Source: an uncultured Bacillota bacterium
GTDB taxonomy: Bacteria; Bacillota_I; Bacilli_A; RF39; UBA660
Assembly (NCBI GenBank): GCA_948466255.1
Contig: CAOJZV010000002.1
Location: 2,874 to 66,873 of the forward strand
Direction: 5' to 3'
Length of the DNA: 64,000 bases
Shown here: piece after piece, positions 18,702-32,470 of the stretch
How positions within the stretch are numbered: the stretch's first letter is position 1
Layout of the letters: each line of letters starts with the position of its first letter
Made by a program: the position numbers and the translations under genes
Notes under the pieces: model-generated
The model's database searches: none
What the model saw: the letters and a program-made list of their open reading frames with translations, nothing else
Told to the model about the DNA's origin: nothing

Positions 18702-21396
<2,695 letters not shown>

Positions 21397-21538
21397 AAAA
21401 CTCACCCCGTTACAAACATTATAATATATATTATATGTCATATCAAATAAAAAATTAAATAAAGTGTAAAGCATATATTCTAAACATTTATATTTTTAAT
21501 TAAAAATGATATAATACATATAGTAAAGGAGCATATAT

Positions 21539-22786
21539 ATGAATAGTAATAAAATCATAGATGTAAAAGCAAGAGAAATACTAGATTCAAGAGGTAACCC
21601 CACAGTTGAAGCCGATGTTAAATTAGTAAGCGGAGTAGTAGGTAGAGCCAGCGTTCCTAGTGGCGCTTCAACCGGAGAAAGGGAAGCATTAGAATTAAGA
21701 GATAATGATAATAGATATATGGGAAAAGGCGTCCTAAAAGCCGTTAATAATATAAATAACATAATAAAATCAGCTATTATAGGTCTAGATGCAACTAATC
21801 AAAAATTAATAGATAAAACCATGTTAGATCTTGATGGAACCGAAACAAAATCAAAACTAGGCGCAAACGCTATACTTGCTGTTTCGATGGCAACACTTAA
21901 AGCCGCTAGTCAAAATCAAAACAAAGAATTATATGAATATATAGGAAACGGAAAAATACTCCCAAAACCAATGATGAATATATTAAATGGTGGCATGCAT
22001 GCAGATAATGGTTTAGATTTTCAAGAATTTATGATAATTCCAAATGCAAATAATATAAAAGAAAGAATAAGAATTAGTAGTGAAGTTTTTCACAATCTAA
22101 AAAAAGTATTAAAAGAAGAAGGGTACAACACTAATGTTGGTGATGAAGGCGGATTTGCTCCGAATTTTAAAACCAATATAGATGCCTTAGATGCTATTAT
22201 AAAAGCTATAAAAGAAGCAGGTTATATACCAGGTGAAGATATAAATATTGCTTTAGATGTAGCTGCTTCGGAATTCTATGAAGATGGTATATATAACTTA
22301 AAAGGTGAAAATAAAAAACTTACTACTGATGAACTTATAGAATATTATGAAGAATTAATAAATAAATATCCAATTATTTCAATTGAAGATCCAGTAGATG
22401 AAAACGATTGGGAAGGCTTTACAAAAATAACAGAAAAATTAGGAAATAAAATTCAGTTAGTAGGGGATGACTTATTTGTAACTAATAAAAAGTATCTACA
22501 AAAGGGAATTAATTTAAAAGCAGGCAATGCCATTTTATTAAAAGTAAATCAAATAGGAACTATTACTGAAACATTAGAAACAATAGAACTTGCAAAAGAA
22601 AACGGTTATAAAACAATTATTTCTCACAGAAGTGGAGAAACAGAAGATACAACAATAGCTGATTTAGCTGTTGGACTAAACTTAGGGCAAATTAAAACAG
22701 GATCACTTTCAAGAACTGATAGAGTAGCAAAATATAATAGATTAATTAGGATAGAAGAAGAAATATATGGTGATAAAAATGAATAA
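21539..22786 (+). CDS. eno: Enolase (phosphopyruvate hydratase)
   Basis: [34 protein letters not shown] and [15 protein letters not shown] motifs. Confidence 0.96.
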   Translation: MNSNKIIDVKAREILDSRGNPTVEADVKLVSGVVGRASVPSGASTGEREALELRDNDNRYMGKGVLKAVNNINNIIKSAIIGLDATNQKLIDKTMLDLDGTETKSKLGANAILAVSMATLKAASQNQNKELYEYIGNGKILPKPMMNILNGGMHADNGLDFQEFMIIPNANNIKERIRISSEVFHNLKKVLKEEGYNTNVGDEGGFAPNFKTNIDALDAIIKAIKEAGYIPGEDINIALDVAASEFYEDGIYNLKGENKKLTTDELIEYYEELINKYPIISIEDPVDENDWEGFTKITEKLGNKIQLVGDDLFVTNKKYLQKGINLKAGNAILLKVNQIGTITETLETIELAKENGYKTIISHRSGETEDTTIADLAVGLNLGQIKTGSLSRTDRVAKYNRLIRIEEEIYGDKNE

Positions 22787-23177
22787 AAAAGGTTTTACTT
22801 TAATAGAATTATTGGGTGTAATAGTATTACTAGTATTAATCACTATGATTACAATACCAATTATAGGTAACGCAATAAAAAAAGGGAATGAAACAGCTGA
22901 TGAACAAACAAAAGAAAATATAGTTTTAGCAACTAAAAATTGGGCTGTTGATAATAAAGAACAATTACCCCAAAATAAAAACGATAAAATTAAAGTAAAT
23001 ATTGAAACATTACAAAACGGTGGATATATAGATAAAAATATTAAATGGCCTTCTACAGATGAAGAAATAACAAACGCTTGCGTTGAAGTTACCAACATAA
23101 CTGAAGCTGATAGTGAAGATGATGTTAAAGTTGTAAAAAAACAATATGATTATTTATATAGTGAAAATTGTTCATAG
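22779..23177 (+). CDS. Prepilin-type N-terminal cleavage/methylation domain protein
   Basis: MNKKG|[16 protein letters not shown]. Its ATG (22779) lies 8 nt inside the end of eno (stop codon at 22784-22786). Confidence 0.85.
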   Translation: MNKKGFTLIELLGVIVLLVLITMITIPIIGNAIKKGNETADEQTKENIVLATKNWAVDNKEQLPQNKNDKIKVNIETLQNGGYIDKNIKWPSTDEEITNACVEVTNITEADSEDDVKVVKKQYDYLYSENCS

Positions 23178-23188
23178 AAAAAAAGATG

Positions 23189-24874
23189 TTAACCAATCTT
23201 AACATCTTTTTTAATATCCATAATTACTGGTAAAATAATTGGCTTTCTTCCAGTATGAGTATTAACATAATTAGAAACTGAATTAATAATTTCTGCTTTT
23301 ATTTCTGAATAATTAACGCCAGTTTTTGTTACCTTATTTATTGCATCTTTACTTAAATTTTCAAGTTTCTTTAAAAGTTCAATATTATCATTAACTAAAA
23401 CAAAGCCTCTAGTTATAATACTAGGATTAGCTAATAATTTAGCGTTTTTTGTATCAATATTAGCAATAACAACTATAATACCATCATTAGCCATAATCTT
23501 ACGATCTTTCATAACAGCATTACTAATATCACCAATACGATTACCATCAACATAAACATCACCAGCTGGAACTTTTCCGCCTTGTCTAACTTTTCCATCC
23601 TTTAGAATCAAAACATCACCATTACCTAAAATAAAAGTATTTTCTTTAGGCATGCCACATTCAATAGCTAAATCAGCATGAGTTTTAAGCATTCTATATT
23701 CACCATGGAAAGGCATAAAATAGGTAGGTTTAATAAGTCTAAGCATAAGTTTAAGTTCATCTTGATTACCGTGTCCACTAGTGTGAATATCACTTAAAGA
23801 AGTATTAGTATAAACTGTAACTCCTTTTAAATATAATCTATTAATAGTTCTAGAAATACTAACCGCATTTCCTGGAATAGCCGATGATGAAAATACAACT
23901 ACATCATCATCCCTAAGCTTAATTTGTCTAAAAGTCCCTTGTGCAATTCTACTTAAAGCAGCTAAAGGTTCCCCTTGACTTCCTGTACATAATAAACAAA
24001 TCTTATCTGATGGATAGTTTTTAGCTTCTTCTGGAGTGATAAATATATCTTTATGTTTGATATATCCTCCTTCAATAGAAATTTCAATATTATTATTCAT
24101 ACTTCTACCAAAAACACAAATCTTACGACCATGTCTTTTACAAGTATCAACAATATGTTTTAATCTATATATATTAGAAGCAAATGTTGCAATAATAATA
24201 CGACTGTTGTGGCGACTAAATAATTCATCTAAAGCCTCATCGACTTTTGATTCACTTTTACTAAAACCTTCACTCATCGCATTAGTACTATCACTCATAA
24301 GTAAAGTAACACCTTCATCACCGATTTTAGCCATTTTATGAAGATTAGCCATAGGACCAATAGGTGTTAAATCAAATTTAAAGTCACCAGTCGTTACCAC
24401 ATTACCATTAGGTGTATGAATACACATTCCATGAGAATCAGGAATAGAGTGAGTAGTTTGAAAAAACTCAACAGTTAAATATTTATATTTAAACACATCT
24501 TTTTCTGTATAAACATGTAAATTATTATACTTAATTCCACGATCCTCTAACTTTCTTCTAATAAGCCCAACCGCTTGATTAGGGGCATATATATTAGGAA
24601 TATCCACTAATTGTAATAAAAATGGAATAGCTCCAATATGATCTTCGTGTCCGTGAGTAATAAATAACCCTTTAATTTTATTCTCGTTTTGTTTTAAAAA
24701 TGTAAAATCAGGAATAACATAATCAATTCCCATTAAATCCCCCTCAGGGAATATCGCACCCGCATCAGTAATAACGATTTCGTCTTTATGCATTACACAA
24801 TACATATTTTTTCCGACTTCACCAAGACCTCCTAAAGCGAAGACCGCAGTTTCATCGTCTTTTATAAAATTCAT
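23189..24874 (-). CDS. rnj: Ribonuclease J
   Basis: Metallo-beta-lactamase motif HGHEDHIGA followed by beta-CASP and a C-terminal domain. 561 aa. Confidence 0.93.
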   Translation of the reverse strand: MNFIKDDETAVFALGGLGEVGKNMYCVMHKDEIVITDAGAIFPEGDLMGIDYVIPDFTFLKQNENKIKGLFITHGHEDHIGAIPFLLQLVDIPNIYAPNQAVGLIRRKLEDRGIKYNNLHVYTEKDVFKYKYLTVEFFQTTHSIPDSHGMCIHTPNGNVVTTGDFKFDLTPIGPMANLHKMAKIGDEGVTLLMSDSTNAMSEGFSKSESKVDEALDELFSRHNSRIIIATFASNIYRLKHIVDTCKRHGRKICVFGRSMNNNIEISIEGGYIKHKDIFITPEEAKNYPSDKICLLCTGSQGEPLAALSRIAQGTFRQIKLRDDDVVVFSSSAIPGNAVSISRTINRLYLKGVTVYTNTSLSDIHTSGHGNQDELKLMLRLIKPTYFMPFHGEYRMLKTHADLAIECGMPKENTFILGNGDVLILKDGKVRQGGKVPAGDVYVDGNRIGDISNAVMKDRKIMANDGIIVVIANIDTKNAKLLANPSIITRGFVLVNDNIELLKKLENLSKDAINKVTKTGVNYSEIKAEIINSVSNYVNTHTGRKPIILPVIMDIKKDVKIG

Positions 24875-24993
24875 AATTTCTCCTTTCTTAAGATTAAAAA
24901 CTGACTTATTACATTATATACTTTTTTTGGACTTTTGGCAAGTTACAAAGACCATTTACAATAAACTAGAAAACATGTTATAATTAATTAAAC

Positions 24994-25070
24994 GTCCTAG
25001 TAGCTCAGCTGGATAGAGCAATCGCCTCCTAAGCGATAGGTCGGAAGTTCGAATCTTCTCTAGGACGCCA
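24994..25070 (+). tRNA. tRNA-Arg (anticodon CCU)
   Basis: Acceptor GTCCTAG/CTAGGAC, anticodon loop CTCCTAA, T-loop TTCGAAT, encoded CCA. TGTTATAAT lies upstream. Confidence 0.9.
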
Positions 25071-25217
25071 TCGTATAAATAAGCCCTTATTAAAGGACTT
25101 TTTTAATATAAAATCAAATTTATGTGAAATTATGTAATTCCAAGCTAAAATTTTTAAAATAAAATAAAAACGTGTTATAATAGGAAAAGTAAAATATAAT
25201 AAAATGAGGTGTTAAAT

Positions 25218-25895
25218 ATGGATATATTAATTTTTTATGGGTTAACAATATTAGCTATAGTAATTGTTTTAGCTGCCCAAATATATGTAAATAGTTCTTA
25301 TAAAAAATATTCAAAAATAAAAAACGAAAAAGGAACCACTGGAAAAGATGCTGCAAGATATATTTTAGACAAAAACGGACTAGAGAATATCAAAGTAGTA
25401 GAAACAGGAGGTTATTTAAGTGATCACTATGATCCAACAAAAAAAGTAATTAGACTTTCAAGCAATGTATATAATGGCGATTCAGTAGGAGCTGTAGCCG
25501 TAGCCAGCCATGAATGTGGCCATGCCATTCAAGATAAAAAAGGTTATATATTTATGAAAATTAGATCAGCCTTAGTGCCAATTACAACATTTTCATCATA
25601 TGCTGGTTATTTAGCTATCATCATTGGAATAATCTTTGCATCATTAAAATTAATATGGATAGGAATAATCCTAGAAGTAATTATTTTACTATTTCAATTA
25701 GTAACTTTACCAGTTGAAATAGATGCTAGTCAAAGAGCTTTAAAAGAAATAAAAACAGGCAACTTATTAACTGAAAAAGAACACAAAGGCGCTAAAACAA
25801 TGCTAACTGCTGCTGCTTTAACATATGTAGCCAGTGTCGCTGCCGCAATCCTTGAACTTGCAAGATTAGTTTTAATGTTTGGAAGAGATGACTAA
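25218..25895 (+). CDS. YugP-like membrane zinc metallopeptidase (Zn_peptidase_2 family)
   Basis: HECGHAIQD (HExxH) motif, with an N-terminal TM helix and C-terminal TM helices. Confidence 0.8.
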   Translation: MDILIFYGLTILAIVIVLAAQIYVNSSYKKYSKIKNEKGTTGKDAARYILDKNGLENIKVVETGGYLSDHYDPTKKVIRLSSNVYNGDSVGAVAVASHECGHAIQDKKGYIFMKIRSALVPITTFSSYAGYLAIIIGIIFASLKLIWIGIILEVIILLFQLVTLPVEIDASQRALKEIKTGNLLTEKEHKGAKTMLTAAALTYVASVAAAILELARLVLMFGRDD

Positions 25896-26344
25896 TGTCA
25901 AATTTTCTTAGAATGATGTATGGAAGATACGGAGTAGATAATTTATCAAAATTTCTGTTTTCTTTATATATAATAATATTTGTAATAGGCCTATTTTATA
26001 AAAATTTTATTTTAGATACGATAGGCTTATTATTACTGTTTATAGTGATATTTAGATTCTTTTCCAAAAACATTTACAAAAGAACTAAGGAAAATCAAAT
26101 ATATTTAAAAATAAAAAATAAGACATTAAAACCATTCAAAAATATTAAAAGAAACTTTAAAGAAAGAAACGAACATGTTTATAAAAAGTGTCATAAATGT
26201 AAAACAACACTTAAGCTTCCTTTACCTTATGAAAGAGGAATAAAACACGCTAAGTGTCCAACATGTAAAAATAAAATTACATTTCTTTGTCTAAGAAAAC
26301 AAAAAATTGAAATAATTAAAGATAATGAAAGGATGAAAAAATGA
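25895..26344 (+). CDS. Membrane protein with a C-terminal zinc ribbon
   Basis: Two TM helices followed by CHKC...CPTC. It is translationally coupled on both sides. Confidence 0.6.
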   Translation: MSNFLRMMYGRYGVDNLSKFLFSLYIIIFVIGLFYKNFILDTIGLLLLFIVIFRFFSKNIYKRTKENQIYLKIKNKTLKPFKNIKRNFKERNEHVYKKCHKCKTTLKLPLPYERGIKHAKCPTCKNKITFLCLRKQKIEIIKDNERMKK

Positions 26345-28101
26345 TAAAATTACTTAAAAACTTAACCGCAAGAGACTGGCTTCTAGCTTTAATAAGTTTT
26401 GTATTAATCGTAATGCAGGTATGGCTAGACTTAAAAATGCCAGATTACATGTCAGAAATAACCGTACTAGTTCAAACCGAAGGAAGTGACATGAAAGACA
26501 TTCTTCTAAATGGCGGAGGAATGCTTTTGTGCGCCTTTGGTAGTTTAGTTTCTGCTGTTATAGTTGGATATCTAATTTCAATTATAGCTGCTGACTTTTC
26601 AAAAAAAGTTAGAAAAAAATTATTTACCAAAGTTCAAAAACTAGGACTTGGAGAAGTAAAAAACTTCCAAACAAGTAGTTTAATAACAAGAACTACAAAC
26701 GATATTACTCAAGTAGAAATGTTAATTGCTATGGGATTACAATTATTAGTAAAAGCTCCAATAACTGCTGTTTGGGCTATTACAAAGATCCTAAATAAAA
26801 GCTGGGAATGGAGTGCGCTTACGGCAGTAGCCGTAATAATCCTATTAACTACAATTGGTATTATAGTAGCTATTGTAATGCCAAGATTTAAAATTGTTCA
26901 AAAATTAACCGATAAATTAAACGGTGTAACTAGAGAAAACATAACCGGTATTAGAGTCGTTAGAGCCTTTAATGCCGAAAAATACGGAGAAGAAAAATTT
27001 GATAAAGTAAATACAAAATTAACAAACACACAACTATTTAACCAAAAAACATTCGCCATATTAATTCCAATAATGTATCTAGTAATGTATTTCTTAACTC
27101 TATCAATTTATTTTGTTGGAGCTTACCTAATCAAAGACTCATTAATGGCTGATAAACTAAATTTATTTGGTGATATGATAGTATTCTCAAGTTATGCTAT
27201 GCAAGTAATTATGTCATTTTTAATGCTAGCTATGATATTCATGATACTTCCAAGAGCTCAGGTTTCTGCTAAACGTATTAACGAAGTATTAGATACCAAA
27301 GAAACAATTAAAAATGGTACTTTAACAGAAAATAAAACAGGAGAAACAGGAACTGTAGAATTTAAAAATGTATCATTCAAATATCCAGATGCCGAAGAAT
27401 ACTTATTAAAAAATATCAATTTCAAAGTAAATAAAGGTGAGACAGTTGCTTTCATCGGATCAACAGGTTCAGGTAAATCAACCTTAATAAATCTAGTTCC
27501 AAGATTTTATGATGTAACTGATGGTGAAATCTTAGTTGATGGTGTAAACATCAAAGAATATGATGAAAACTATTTGCATAATAAAATAGGTTATGTTCCA
27601 CAAAAAGCTGTATTATTTAACGGTGATATAAATTACAACGTTTCTTATGGAGATAACGGAAAAGAAATAACCGAAGAAAAAATCAAAGAAGCCGTTAAAG
27701 TCGCCCAGGGTGAAGAATTCGTCTTAAAAATGGATGATCAATACAAAACCGATATTTCATCAGGTGGAACTAATATATCAGGGGGTCAAAAACAAAGACT
27801 TGCTATTGCAAGAGCCATTGCTAGAGATCCTGAAATATATATTTTTGATGATTCATTCTCAGCCTTAGATTATAAAACCGATGCTACCTTAAGAAAAGAA
27901 TTAAAAAAACACACCAAAGATGCTACAAGTTTAATAGTTGCTCAAAGAATCGGAACAATTATGAATGCCGATAAAATTGTTGTCTTAGATAGAGGAGAGT
28001 GTGTAGGTATAGGTACCCATAAAGAACTACTTAAAAACTGCGAAGTTTATAAACAAATCGCACTTTCACAACTTTCAAAGGAGGAATTAGAAAATGCCTA
28101 A
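26341..28101 (+). CDS. ABC exporter, fused permease/ATPase (half-transporter A)
   Basis: Six-TM domain, Walker A GSTGSGKST, signature SGGQKQR, Walker B IYIFDDSFSALD. Confidence 0.92.
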   Translation: MIKLLKNLTARDWLLALISFVLIVMQVWLDLKMPDYMSEITVLVQTEGSDMKDILLNGGGMLLCAFGSLVSAVIVGYLISIIAADFSKKVRKKLFTKVQKLGLGEVKNFQTSSLITRTTNDITQVEMLIAMGLQLLVKAPITAVWAITKILNKSWEWSALTAVAVIILLTTIGIIVAIVMPRFKIVQKLTDKLNGVTRENITGIRVVRAFNAEKYGEEKFDKVNTKLTNTQLFNQKTFAILIPIMYLVMYFLTLSIYFVGAYLIKDSLMADKLNLFGDMIVFSSYAMQVIMSFLMLAMIFMILPRAQVSAKRINEVLDTKETIKNGTLTENKTGETGTVEFKNVSFKYPDAEEYLLKNINFKVNKGETVAFIGSTGSGKSTLINLVPRFYDVTDGEILVDGVNIKEYDENYLHNKIGYVPQKAVLFNGDINYNVSYGDNGKEITEEKIKEAVKVAQGEEFVLKMDDQYKTDISSGGTNISGGQKQRLAIARAIARDPEIYIFDDSFSALDYKTDATLRKELKKHTKDATSLIVAQRIGTIMNADKIVVLDRGECVGIGTHKELLKNCEVYKQIALSQLSKEELENA

Positions 28102-30424
28102 ACACGGTGGACCAAAAGCAAACGCTCCTGAGCAAGCTAAAAATTTCAAAGAAGCAATTATTAGACTATTTAAAGAATTAAAAAGTTTTAGTGTCATAAT
28201 TACTATTGCTCTAATTCTAGCCGCATTAGGCTCAGTATTATCAATTATCGCTCCAGATAAATTAGCTGATATAACTGACCAAATTTCAGATGGCTTAGTT
28301 GTTAATAAAGATAATTTAGAAACAATTTCTAAAAAGGTGACTTCTAGTTTAGACGAAAAAACATTAGAACAGAAAATGCCACAAATTCTTTCGTTAAATG
28401 TAAGCGAAGAAGCAAACTTTAGGATAGCTGCTTCAAGCACGATAACACCAGAAGAAAAACAAAAATACATGGAAGTAATGAAAGAAATAAGTACTTCGCA
28501 AGACAAAACAAAAGCTTTAGAAAAACTAACTGAACTTCCTAATAGTATATTAGAAATAATACTTCCAGAAACAACTTACGAAAACATAAAAGTAACAACC
28601 AAAGATAAAATCGAATTATTAAAATTAACTAAAGAAAAAGATAAAAAAGATATTAAATTTCCAGAAAGTATTCAAAATATTTTATTTAAAACTTTTGAAA
28701 TCGATGGAACCAAAATAACACCAAAAGATCAAGCAAAATTTATTGAAATAATGAGCACCTTAGATAAGGATGCTGAAGTAAATGACTTATACTCAAAAAT
28801 AGATGAAATGCCAAAAAGCATTCAAAAAGTAGTAGAACCATTTATGAATATGGATAAAATAAAAGCACTAGCTTTATTCCTAGTTATAATTTATTTATTA
28901 AGTGCTTTATTTACTTATATTGAAACCATAATCATGGCTACTGTATCAAATAAATTTGCTAAAAGATTAAGAGGAGATATCTCTGAGAAGATAAATACAT
29001 TGCCACTTAAATACTTCGACAAACATAAAGCTGGAGATACCTTATCAAGAGTTACCAACGACGTTGATACAATCGCTCAGTCAATGAACCAATCATTATC
29101 AACCTTAGTCGGAGCTTTAACTCTTTTCATCGGAACTATAATCATGATGTTTGTAACTAACTGGATAATGGCTTTAACCGCCATAATATCAAGTATGTTA
29201 GGATTTAGTTTAATGTTCCTAATCCTAGGCAAAAGCCAAAAATACTTTGTCGCAAGACAAGTAGAACTAGGTAATTTAAATGGACATATCGAAGAAGTAT
29301 ATTCAGGATTAAATGTTATCAAAGCCTATAATGGTGGGGCAGAAGCTAATAAAAAATTTGATGAATACAATAATAAAGTATACAATGCCAATCAAAAAAG
29401 TCAGTTCTTATCAGGTCTAATGATGCCTCTTATGAATTTTGTTGGAAACTTTGGTTATGTAGCTGTTTGTATTGTGGGAGCCTTACTAACTATGAATAAT
29501 GTAATCAGCTTTGGTGTTATCGTAGCTTTTATCGCTTATGTAAGACTATTTACATCACCACTTTCACAAATAGCCCAATCATTTACTTTGTTACAGTCAG
29601 TAGCTGCTGCATCAGAAAGAGTATTTGAATTCTTAGACGAAAAAGAAATGCCATCTGAAGAAAATGTTAAAAAATATTTAGACAAAGATAAAGTAAAAGG
29701 TGAAATAGAATTTAAAAATGTAACCTTTACATATGATGGTAACGAAAAACCAACTATTAATAATTTTAGTGCCGAAGCAAAGCCTGGACAAAAAGTAGCC
29801 ATAGTTGGACCAACCGGAGCCGGAAAAACTACTATGGTAAACTTATTAATGAAATTTTATGATATAAATGCTGGTGATATAAAAATAGATGGTATCTCAA
29901 CCAAAGATTTAACAAGAAAAAATATCCACGAACTATTTACAATGGTACTTCAAGATACATGGTTATTTGATGGAACTATCAAAGAAAATATCGTTTACAA
30001 TAGAGAAAATATTAGTGATGAAAAAATTAAAGAAGTATGTGATACCGTTGGTATTTCGCACTTCATCAAGACTTTACCACACGGATATGATTCAAAAATA
30101 GATGATAATGACAGTGTATCAGCAGGGCAAAGACAATTATTAACAATCGCAAGAGGAATGATAGAAGATACACCATTCTTAATTCTAGACGAAGCAACTT
30201 CAAATGTTGATACTAGAACTGAGGAATTAGTTCAAAACGCTATGGACGAACTTACAAAAGGAAAAACATCATTCATTATTGCCCATAGATTATCAACCAT
30301 TAAAAATGCTGATCTAATCTTAGTAATGAAAGATGGAAATATCATTGAACAAGGAAATCATGAGGAACTAATGAAACAAAATGGTTTCTATGCTGAACTT
30401 TATAATTCACAATTTGAACTATAA
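28094..30424 (+). CDS. ABC exporter, fused permease/ATPase (half-transporter B) with an insertion of about 200 aa after TM1
   Basis: GPTGAGKTT, SAGQRQL and LILDEATSNVD motifs. It is 776 aa versus about 580 aa for its partner. The extra hydrophilic segment lies between the first two TM helices. Confidence 0.9.
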   Translation: MPKHGGPKANAPEQAKNFKEAIIRLFKELKSFSVIITIALILAALGSVLSIIAPDKLADITDQISDGLVVNKDNLETISKKVTSSLDEKTLEQKMPQILSLNVSEEANFRIAASSTITPEEKQKYMEVMKEISTSQDKTKALEKLTELPNSILEIILPETTYENIKVTTKDKIELLKLTKEKDKKDIKFPESIQNILFKTFEIDGTKITPKDQAKFIEIMSTLDKDAEVNDLYSKIDEMPKSIQKVVEPFMNMDKIKALALFLVIIYLLSALFTYIETIIMATVSNKFAKRLRGDISEKINTLPLKYFDKHKAGDTLSRVTNDVDTIAQSMNQSLSTLVGALTLFIGTIIMMFVTNWIMALTAIISSMLGFSLMFLILGKSQKYFVARQVELGNLNGHIEEVYSGLNVIKAYNGGAEANKKFDEYNNKVYNANQKSQFLSGLMMPLMNFVGNFGYVAVCIVGALLTMNNVISFGVIVAFIAYVRLFTSPLSQIAQSFTLLQSVAAASERVFEFLDEKEMPSEENVKKYLDKDKVKGEIEFKNVTFTYDGNEKPTINNFSAEAKPGQKVAIVGPTGAGKTTMVNLLMKFYDINAGDIKIDGISTKDLTRKNIHELFTMVLQDTWLFDGTIKENIVYNRENISDEKIKEVCDTVGISHFIKTLPHGYDSKIDDNDSVSAGQRQLLTIARGMIEDTPFLILDEATSNVDTRTEELVQNAMDELTKGKTSFIIAHRLSTIKNADLILVMKDGNIIEQGNHEELMKQNGFYAELYNSQFEL

Positions 30425-30516
30425 AAAAGACTTTACACAAAAAGTCTTTTTATTTTTATAAATACCTTGACAGACATAGTACTATATGATACCATGTAAA
30501 CGAAAGAGGTGATAAA

Positions 30517-30837
30517 TTGTCTATAACATCAGATATAATAAGAGGCCACACCGAGACAATAATACTCGCACATCTAAATGAAAAAGATAGCTACGGTTAC
30601 GAAATAAATAAAATGATAAAAGAAAAAACCAAAGGCGAGTACGAATTAAAAGAAGCCACACTTTACTGTGCTTTTAAAAGGCTAGAAGAAAACGAACTAA
30701 TAGAATCGTATTGGGGCGATGAAAATCTAGGTGCTAGAAGAAAGTACTACCGCATCACTGTCAAAGGTAAAAAAGCATACGAAAGAGATAAAGAAGATTG
30801 GAAACAAACAAAAAAAATAATCGATAAGTTGATTTAG
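30517..30837 (+). CDS. PadR family transcriptional regulator
   Basis: Pattern IILAHLNEKDSYGYEINKMI...YYRITVKGKKAY, with a TTG start and RBS AGAGGTGA. A 10-bp palindrome ATAGTACTAT (30476-30485) sits inside the upstream TTGACA promoter and is a possible operator. Confidence 0.85.
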   Translation: MSITSDIIRGHTETIILAHLNEKDSYGYEINKMIKEKTKGEYELKEATLYCAFKRLEENELIESYWGDENLGARRKYYRITVKGKKAYERDKEDWKQTKKIIDKLI

Positions 30838-30846
30838 GAGGAAATT

Positions 30847-31461
30847 ATGGAAAAAATAAAAAAATATGTAAACGAATTATTTAAAGATGCACCAAAAACA
30901 AATAAAACAGAAGAATTAAAAGAAGAATTATTATTAGATTTAACAGAAAAATATAACGATTTAATAGAAGAAGGAAAAACAAAAACAGAAGCCTATAATG
31001 AAGTAATATCAGGTATAGGCGATACTACTGAACTTATTAATAGTTTAAATAAACCAGAGCCAAAAACAAACGAATATAGAAAGCGAACCGCACTAGTAGT
31101 ATCGGTAAGCGTATTTATTTACATTTTATCAATAGTAGCTGTAATAGTTTTAGCTGAAACAGGAGCTCCAGATTTTGCTATTGCATCAGGATTTTTAACT
31201 TTAGTAGCAATCGCAACGTGCCTACTTATTTATCACTTTATGTCATTACCTAAAAACAATGAAGTAGAAATAAAAACAGTAAAAAAAGAAAGTAATAAAG
31301 TAAAAGATGGAATAAATGCTATCATATGGATAACAGTTACAATCATTTATATTCTAGTTAGTTTCTTAACTTCTGCATGGCACATAACTTGGGTTATATT
31401 CTTAATGGGTGTAGTTGTTAAGGAAATAGTAAAACTTTGCTTAGAACTAGGAGGTAAATAA
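30847..31461 (+). CDS. PadR-associated membrane protein (DUF1700-like N-terminus)
   Basis: Helical N-terminal domain plus 4 TM helices. Its position follows the usual PadR-DUF1700-DUF4097 pattern. Confidence 0.65.
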   Translation: MEKIKKYVNELFKDAPKTNKTEELKEELLLDLTEKYNDLIEEGKTKTEAYNEVISGIGDTTELINSLNKPEPKTNEYRKRTALVVSVSVFIYILSIVAVIVLAETGAPDFAIASGFLTLVAIATCLLIYHFMSLPKNNEVEIKTVKKESNKVKDGINAIIWITVTIIYILVSFLTSAWHITWVIFLMGVVVKEIVKLCLELGGK

Positions 31462-31462
31462 A

Positions 31463-32389
31463 ATGGATAAAACAATAAAAATATTACAAATTTGTCTTTT
31501 AATAGTTTTATTAATAATACTTTTTGGAATATTAATGTGGGGTATGAATAAAGATAAATTTACCTTTAATAGTGAAACAAAACAAGTTAAAAACGAAACC
31601 ATTTCTTTAGAAAACATAGACCAAATTAATTTCAGTACAAAAAGTAACGATGTAGAAGTATATGTAAGTAATACAAACGAATTTAGGGTAGTTCAGTATA
31701 GTAGTAAAAAAACAAAAGAAAAAGATTTGTTCACTTTTGAAAAAGATAATAATACTTTAACAATAGAAGGTAATTATAATGATATATGTATTGGTTTCTG
31801 TTTTAATGTAGGTGCAAGATATGAAATATACCTTCCAAGTACTTATACAAAAAATTTAAGTATAAATGAAATATCAGGAGATATTACTATTGATGAATTA
31901 GATACAAACTTAAACAATTTATCACTAAATACCACAAGTGGTGATATTGAAATAAATAACAATATAAAAGCAAACAATATAAAAATAGATACAAAATCAG
32001 GTGAAATACAAACAAATAATCTTTCCGCAAGTAATATAAATATTGAAAGTATTTCAGGAGATTTAAATTTACAATCACTAACAAGTAAAGATATTTATCT
32101 TCACACTATTTCAGGAGAAGTAGAAGTAAATAAAGCTATAGGTAAATTAGATATAAAAACCACAAGCGGTGATATTGAAATAGAACATTTCACTATCAAA
32201 AATAATTCAAAAATAACTTCAACTTCGGGTGATGTCAACGTAAATTTAAGTCATGATTCACATTGCAACGTTATATTGAACAGTGTTAGTGGTGACAAAA
32301 ACCTTCCAAATAATTCATCATTAGTTGGTAAAGGAACATATAAATTAGAAATAAATACTACAAGTGGCGATATTGAAGTAAATGATTAA
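31463..32389 (+). CDS. DUF4097-like beta-strand repeat protein
   Basis: N-terminal TM helix followed by multiple (S/T)SGDI(E/T/N)(I/V) repeats. Confidence 0.7.
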   Translation: MDKTIKILQICLLIVLLIILFGILMWGMNKDKFTFNSETKQVKNETISLENIDQINFSTKSNDVEVYVSNTNEFRVVQYSSKKTKEKDLFTFEKDNNTLTIEGNYNDICIGFCFNVGARYEIYLPSTYTKNLSINEISGDITIDELDTNLNNLSLNTTSGDIEINNNIKANNIKIDTKSGEIQTNNLSASNINIESISGDLNLQSLTSKDIYLHTISGEVEVNKAIGKLDIKTTSGDIEIEHFTIKNNSKITSTSGDVNVNLSHDSHCNVILNSVSGDKNLPNNSSLVGKGTYKLEINTTSGDIEVND

Positions 32390-32470
32390 AAGATACTAAA
32401 AAGTATCTTTTTCTTATATATAACCAAATTCCGCTAATTACATATACTAACCTATAGAAGGGGGAAGAAT

